Shown here: one piece after another, positions 60,401 through 64,000 of the stretch
How the letters are laid out: the number at the start of each line of letters is the position of its first letter
Numbering within the stretch: position 1 is the first letter of the stretch
Source of the DNA: a virus
Taxonomy: Duplodnaviria; Caudoviricetes
Reading direction: 5' to 3' (one strand)
DNA: 64,000 nucleotides
IMG/VR virus record: IMGVR_UViG_3300033121_002356
Span: 60,722 to 124,721 of that record
Notes under the pieces: generated by a model
Told to the model about the DNA's origin: nothing
Seen by the model: the letters and a program-made list of their open reading frames with translations, nothing else
Databases searched by the model: none
Translations under genes and position numbers: made by a program

Positions 60401-61350
60401 ACATATGCATTATATGCTCCCCCCGTGAACCCATAAGCTGTAACAGTGCCGTTATGTGTCCTGGTTGTATAGGTAAGAGAAATTTTTCCTCCACCCCCTG
60501 GATTGCCTGAAGTATTATTTCCACCATTAGCCCGGATGGTTCCAGACCCGGCCAAGGTCCCTGCACTTAACCAAATACTTCCTCCTGCTCCTTCGCTACA
60601 TACACAAGCTGCCCCATTCGCACTAATGATTCCTGTCACAGTAAGAGTTCCGGATACGTTCAATCGAACGACTCCACCTCCAGCGGCATCTTGCCCTCCG
60701 GAACCAGCGGTTACGGGAGCAGAAATAGAACCAAATCCAGAGTAAGCATATGCAGAATGGTAGTATGCCCCATTTGCTCCATCTCCGCCATTTGCTCCTC
60801 CGGCATCTCCTCCCGTATTATTTTTTCCAGGACCCTGGTTGGCAGGAAATCCGAGAGAATCTACTGTTATTGAGCCAGCTGAATAATTTAGATTACCAGT
60901 TATATTGAATGAGACTGCTCTTACTGCTGTAGTCCCAGAACCATTAGGCTCTTGAGTTTGGGTAACTGTACCACCAGAAATAGTGCTATCGGCTCCAGCC
61001 GTAATAATTGGGGAACCCGTATTAAAGGTCATCGTTCCACTGGCCTGATTATATGCTCCAGTTAGATTAAGAGAATTATTCAGTGTTATCGCTTGAGCAC
61101 CAGCATTTATAGAAAATGAAGCAAACGTTGTTGCAGAAGAAATATCCCACGTACACGCTTTAGTTGACGTAGCATCAAAAACAATAGCGTCGCCAGCAAT
61201 CGGTGCAACATCGGTATCCCAATTACCCGCCGTAGACGCTAAGTTGCCGGAGCCGCCACCGTCCCACGTTGCGGTTCTAGCTAAGGCCAAAGAAGGGCTG
61301 CCTATAAGTACTAACAATAAAAGAGTTTGAAATAAATATTTTATTTTCAA
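57451..61350 (-). CDS. Secreted-type Gly/Thr-rich repeat protein with N-terminal signal peptide and C-terminal MopE-like putative metal-binding motif
   Basis: N-terminus 'MKIKYLFQTLLLLVLIGSPSLALA|R'; three ~350-aa repeats with 'GAGGSIWI'; C-terminal 'DSDGDGYG...DCDD....HPGA.E..NGLDDDCDG'. Confidence 0.75.
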   Translation of the reverse strand: MKIKYLFQTLLLLVLIGSPSLALARTATWDGGGSGNLASTAGNWDTDVAPIAGDAIVFDATSTKACTWDISSATTFASFSINAGAQAITLNNSLNLTGAYNQASGTMTFNTGSPIITAGADSTISGGTVTQTQEPNGSGTTAVRAVSFNITGNLNYSAGSITVDSLGFPANQGPGKNNTGGDAGGANGGDGANGAYYHSAYAYSGFGSISAPVTAGSGGQDAAGGGVVRLNVSGTLTVTGIISANGAACVCSEGAGGSIWLSAGTLAGSGTIRANGGNNTSGNPGGGGKISLTYTTRTHNGTVTAYGFTGGAYNAYVSTSAPGTIYTKASAATYGDLLIDNGSSSTVSYPSPKYTRIPASDTFATITIKNYAQVLIQSGVTLTSASGFSGGTSNSTLYINSGGTLDTSAVSSLSGSPNITNAGTHTINSSTTLASNTYLYNGGSFSGLTNLTLSGGIFTFTSNTGLSIPGNLTISGATVNHTQEPNGSGTTAARSVYFAVAGDMNISSGSITVDSLGFAYAQGPGTAPGYYAGGANGGDGTQNNYYNGYTPGTSGFGSISAPVTAGSGGNNGCSGGGTVRLDVTGTLTVTGTISSNGQTGDCGEGAGGSIWINAGTLAGSGTIRANGGGTASYGGGAGGGGKISLTYTTRTHNGTVSAYGTTTGSYNGRIYVSAAGTIYTKASSATYGDLTVDNGTNSTTPTTTWYTRIPASETFANVTVKNYAQLLITSGKTLTVATAFTNGTSDATLTINSGGILDTSAISSLTGAPNITNLGTHTVASSTTLSSSTYTYNGAFSGLTNLTISTGGIFSFANNTGLSIPGNLTISGGTVNHTQEPNGTGTTAARAVYFTVSGDMNISSGSVTVTGLGFVTGQGPATGDGTGCCSPSGGGNGGDGAKGNGSGGGLSGIGSITSPVTAGSGAGSGSGSNGGYGGGTIRLDVTGTLTVTGNIVANGSNGGGVDAGAGAGGSIWINAGTLAGAGSITANGGNGGNSSGRGGGGGKISLTYTTRTHNGSVTAYGGSIYDGTYAAAGTIYTKAAAATYGDVAVNNNSHTSVSTAYTRTLSGALTINTLTLSGSGKVSLGNTLTLSGDVSIASGTTLVQNSQNIVVGGNWTNNGTFTNSGLVTFNGSGTSLFTGNTTFTTLTCTTAGKALTFTAGSTQTISGVLTLTGTSGSKIVLRSSATPTRWNINPQSIPSVSYVDIKDSNNSNASARTASTSLDSGNNNNWTIQADCVDSDGDGYGNPGSAGCTHPETDCDDTRASVHPGAREISNGLDDDCDGVRDNNIINQGVFSNPL
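58180..61020 (-). repeat. Three tandem diverged ~1050-bp coding repeats
   Basis: 'QEPNG' anchor at about 60941, 59891 and 58835 (periods 1050 and 1056 nt). Confidence 0.9.
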
Positions 61351-61366
61351 TTTTATTTTCTCTCTA

Positions 61367-64000
61367 TTAAGCGAATCCTAGTGAGGCAGTACCAAAATAA
61401 GAGGTACCATCATAATAAAAGGCTATTATATCCGTACTTCCTTGTGCAGTACTTAATGTAGGAGCAACTCCTCCAGGCCATTTTACTGAGCCAGGCCATG
61501 TTATTGTCTTTGTACCCCCTGACCCTTGAACTACTTTTAAAGTTATATTACAAGGCCCAGGAGGAGCAGTAAATGTAAGAACTCCAGGTGAGCCGGTAGC
61601 TGTTAATTTTTGTTTAATTCCATTATTCCAATCTATAGTGGCCGAACCAATTGTGCCATTATCATACTCTGTAAAAAAAGGAACATAGGATTGATAATTG
61701 GTATGTGCTCCTAAAGTAATTCTATTAGCAGCGGCAGTAGCCCCAGTAAATAATGAAAGCAAGGTAGTATTTAAAGCTGCTAAATCCATCTGCCCTGTCT
61801 GGGTAGCATGAGCTGCCGTTGGAAACTTACAATTTATTCTTCCTGCTTGGTCTATATTACCAGAAGCATCTTCGGAGTAAAACGCCAATCCAGTACCAAT
61901 TCCATCTGCGGCAGTACCAGTGGTGGAATGCGTAAGAGTTAAAATATCAACTATAGAGTTAGTTGTGGCATCATCTTTAACTACGTGTAACTTGGAAGAG
62001 GGGGTATCAGTCCCAATACCAAGACTATCCGAAGATACATCCATATAAAAAGCATTATCATCGTTTTGTCCATGTATATTAAAATCGGCAGCAGCTGTTT
62101 TGGATACGTTAAAATCTGCTTTGCCTCCATAAGCATATATGGAATTATTTAAAACCGATGAGCCGCTTTGGTCTAATATAACTATTGCCGAAGAAGCTGT
62201 TTGTCCAGCATGCCCCTGATTGGCAACATATAGACCCATGTTAGTACCAATTCTACCAGAAGAAGAGTATGTAGGAGCTGCAATTTGAATTGCTAAAGCA
62301 TTTGAGGCCCCGCCCGCATCCGTTAATTCAAAAGCAAAATTCCCACCATAGAGGGTATCAATAGTGGAGCTTCCATGATGAGCAACTACTGTATCTAATG
62401 CCAACGCTTGAACAGCAGTACCACTGCCATTAAAGTGTACTGCCGCTAATACTGAAGCAACATTTGTATGACGCCCACTTCCTAGAGCTGTAGTTGTGGC
62501 ATTAAGTGCATAAGTAAAATCTGTTGTACCGGAAGCAGTTACGTCATGAGTTACTGCTATTTCAACCCCGCTCTCTGTACCTGTAAGCTGTGTATGTAGG
62601 GAGTCAACTAAAAGGTTACCATTTATGATACCACCAGTAGCCGTTAAATCTCCAGCAACATTCACACCAGAATACATATCAATACCGCTAACACTTACAA
62701 CTATAGCGTTAGTGGGCATACCATTAACTAATTCTACACCAATAGAAGCCGCCATCGTACCGGCATAAGTATCACTTTCTGCCAGCGAAAAAACTCCCCT
62801 TATACTAGGGGGACCTTGGTCATTCGATGCTACATAAACGTGGAAATCACCAATTCCATTATTACTTAGGGCCATATAAGAGTTCGTAGCGTAAGTATCC
62901 GTATGTACATCTACAAGAAAATTCCCACTTGTAAGAACAACCGACAAAGAGTTATCCTTAGGATTAGAATATCCTTCAGAATACTCTAAGTTTATACTTG
63001 GATTGCCCCCATATCCTAGACCCTGTGTAAGAAAAGATAATGACTCTTCCACATACCCACTTGCTAAGGCTGTGGCTCCTATTGTAAATGGAGTTCCTTC
63101 TGGCACAACTAATTTATTCATTACGCCAGCATTATTCCCTGAAGAACCATTATACAAATATAATCCGTGGTCTATATTATAATTTGTATTAGAGTCTATT
63201 ACTCCTAATGCTGGAGATACATAAATAGCAGAACTATCTTTGCTTCCTATAAACATTGTGCCGCTTACAGGCACTAATAAAGCTGTCTCGTCTGTTTGAT
63301 AAGCGGTAGTATCGCTCCCCCCTATATCAAACCCTCTAGAAAATCCATTAGAAACTATATGCAGACCGTGGTCGGCAGTCGCTGAGTTCCACCAACTTCC
63401 GACTGCAACCCTCGCAATTCCTTGATTCTTTACCCCCAATATAGCAGAACCATTTTCTGCGGATATTAAAGATGTAACAAAATTTACAGGACTAGACCCA
63501 CCACCACCCCCACCACCCCCACCAGACATTGCTGGTATAATAAACCAACCATTAAAAGGAGTAGGTCCTAGTAAAATGGTATCATAAGTATTACCATTAT
63601 AAGTAGCGGTCCATTGATTACCATTGTAAGCTCCGCCGCTATAAGTCAATGCAGGGGTAGAACTAAATGAGCCACCGGCAGCAGTTAGTGGCGTTGCATC
63701 TGCTATATAGCTTTGCCCCGCACCTGCACTTATCAATACCGGGCCAGGTGACGCTGTATTACCACCATCGTTAGAATACCAAGTTAATGCATTTGCTTGA
63801 ATACCTATACCTGCTAGGAAAGTCTCAGCTTGTGTTCTATCCCCATGAGGCACAAGTATAGGCATACGTTGACCCATTCCATCTACTAGCGCTAAGTCAT
63901 AGCTCAAGGTACCGTCACAGTTTTGTATCGGGTCGGGAAAAACATTGGCGTACCAATCTATGTTGCTGGGACCTCCACCGCCTCCACCGCCTCCACCGCC
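61367..64000 (-). CDS. Fibre-like virion protein, 5'-truncated (frame stays open past 63907 to the window edge)
   Basis: In-frame 'GGGGGGGGGGPSNIDWY' continues to 64000. Contains the 'LGIGTDTPSSKLHV' fibre motif and a C-terminal 'IDWNNG...ITWPGSVKWPGGVAPTLST...DII' phage fibre-tip pattern. Confidence 0.7.
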   Translation of the reverse strand, partial: GGGGGGGGGGPSNIDWYANVFPDPIQNCDGTLSYDLALVDGMGQRMPILVPHGDRTQAETFLAGIGIQANALTWYSNDGGNTASPGPVLISAGAGQSYIADATPLTAAGGSFSSTPALTYSGGAYNGNQWTATYNGNTYDTILLGPTPFNGWFIIPAMSGGGGGGGGGSSPVNFVTSLISAENGSAILGVKNQGIARVAVGSWWNSATADHGLHIVSNGFSRGFDIGGSDTTAYQTDETALLVPVSGTMFIGSKDSSAIYVSPALGVIDSNTNYNIDHGLYLYNGSSGNNAGVMNKLVVPEGTPFTIGATALASGYVEESLSFLTQGLGYGGNPSINLEYSEGYSNPKDNSLSVVLTSGNFLVDVHTDTYATNSYMALSNNGIGDFHVYVASNDQGPPSIRGVFSLAESDTYAGTMAASIGVELVNGMPTNAIVVSVSGIDMYSGVNVAGDLTATGGIINGNLLVDSLHTQLTGTESGVEIAVTHDVTASGTTDFTYALNATTTALGSGRHTNVASVLAAVHFNGSGTAVQALALDTVVAHHGSSTIDTLYGGNFAFELTDAGGASNALAIQIAAPTYSSSGRIGTNMGLYVANQGHAGQTASSAIVILDQSGSSVLNNSIYAYGGKADFNVSKTAAADFNIHGQNDDNAFYMDVSSDSLGIGTDTPSSKLHVVKDDATTNSIVDILTLTHSTTGTAADGIGTGLAFYSEDASGNIDQAGRINCKFPTAAHATQTGQMDLAALNTTLLSLFTGATAAANRITLGAHTNYQSYVPFFTEYDNGTIGSATIDWNNGIKQKLTATGSPGVLTFTAPPGPCNITLKVVQGSGGTKTITWPGSVKWPGGVAPTLSTAQGSTDIIAFYYDGTSYFGTASLGFA

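Noticed and set aside
58180-61020. Repeats as a diversity-generating retroelement TR/VR pair or CRISPR array
   Set aside because: Kilobase-scale coding repeats diverged at all bases rather than only adenines. No reverse transcriptase and no spacer structure.
1-64000. Stop-codon reassignment, tRNA/rRNA genes, transposases
   Set aside because: Genes tile the strand in the standard code and use TAA, TAG and TGA stops. Intergenic gaps are about 100 nt or less, and no such elements were recognised.

Overview
The window is one continuous, minus-strand, tightly packed virion morphogenesis module of a large tailed bacteriophage. It uses the standard code, is AT-rich, and both terminal genes run off the window. 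In transcription order (right to left) it encodes: a fibre-like protein; a signal-peptide-bearing Gly-rich repeat protein; neck genes (adaptor, an intein-split Zn-finger head-closure-like gene, tail terminator); a tail tube protein with a duplicated domain; two paralogous tail assembly chaperones; a 7,339-aa tape measure protein (TMP); hub/tip genes; and a run of Ig-like, beta-propeller and Cys-rich tip/fibre genes. No sheath gene was recognised, which suggests a long non-contractile tail. The main observation is that the ~4,200 aa in front of the TP901-type TMP core look like an enzyme cargo. First comes a single-chain two-barrel RNA polymerase carrying beta motifs (FED, GxK-x7-KGV, D-x10-R) followed by beta' motifs (GK..F..R, RxP, catalytic ADFDGD). 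Next come a PD-(D/E)xK nuclease-like domain and an HExxH zincin-like motif. This suggests an injected RNAP-nuclease-protease-tape polyprotein. All assignments come from manual motif reading and gene order. No database search was run.
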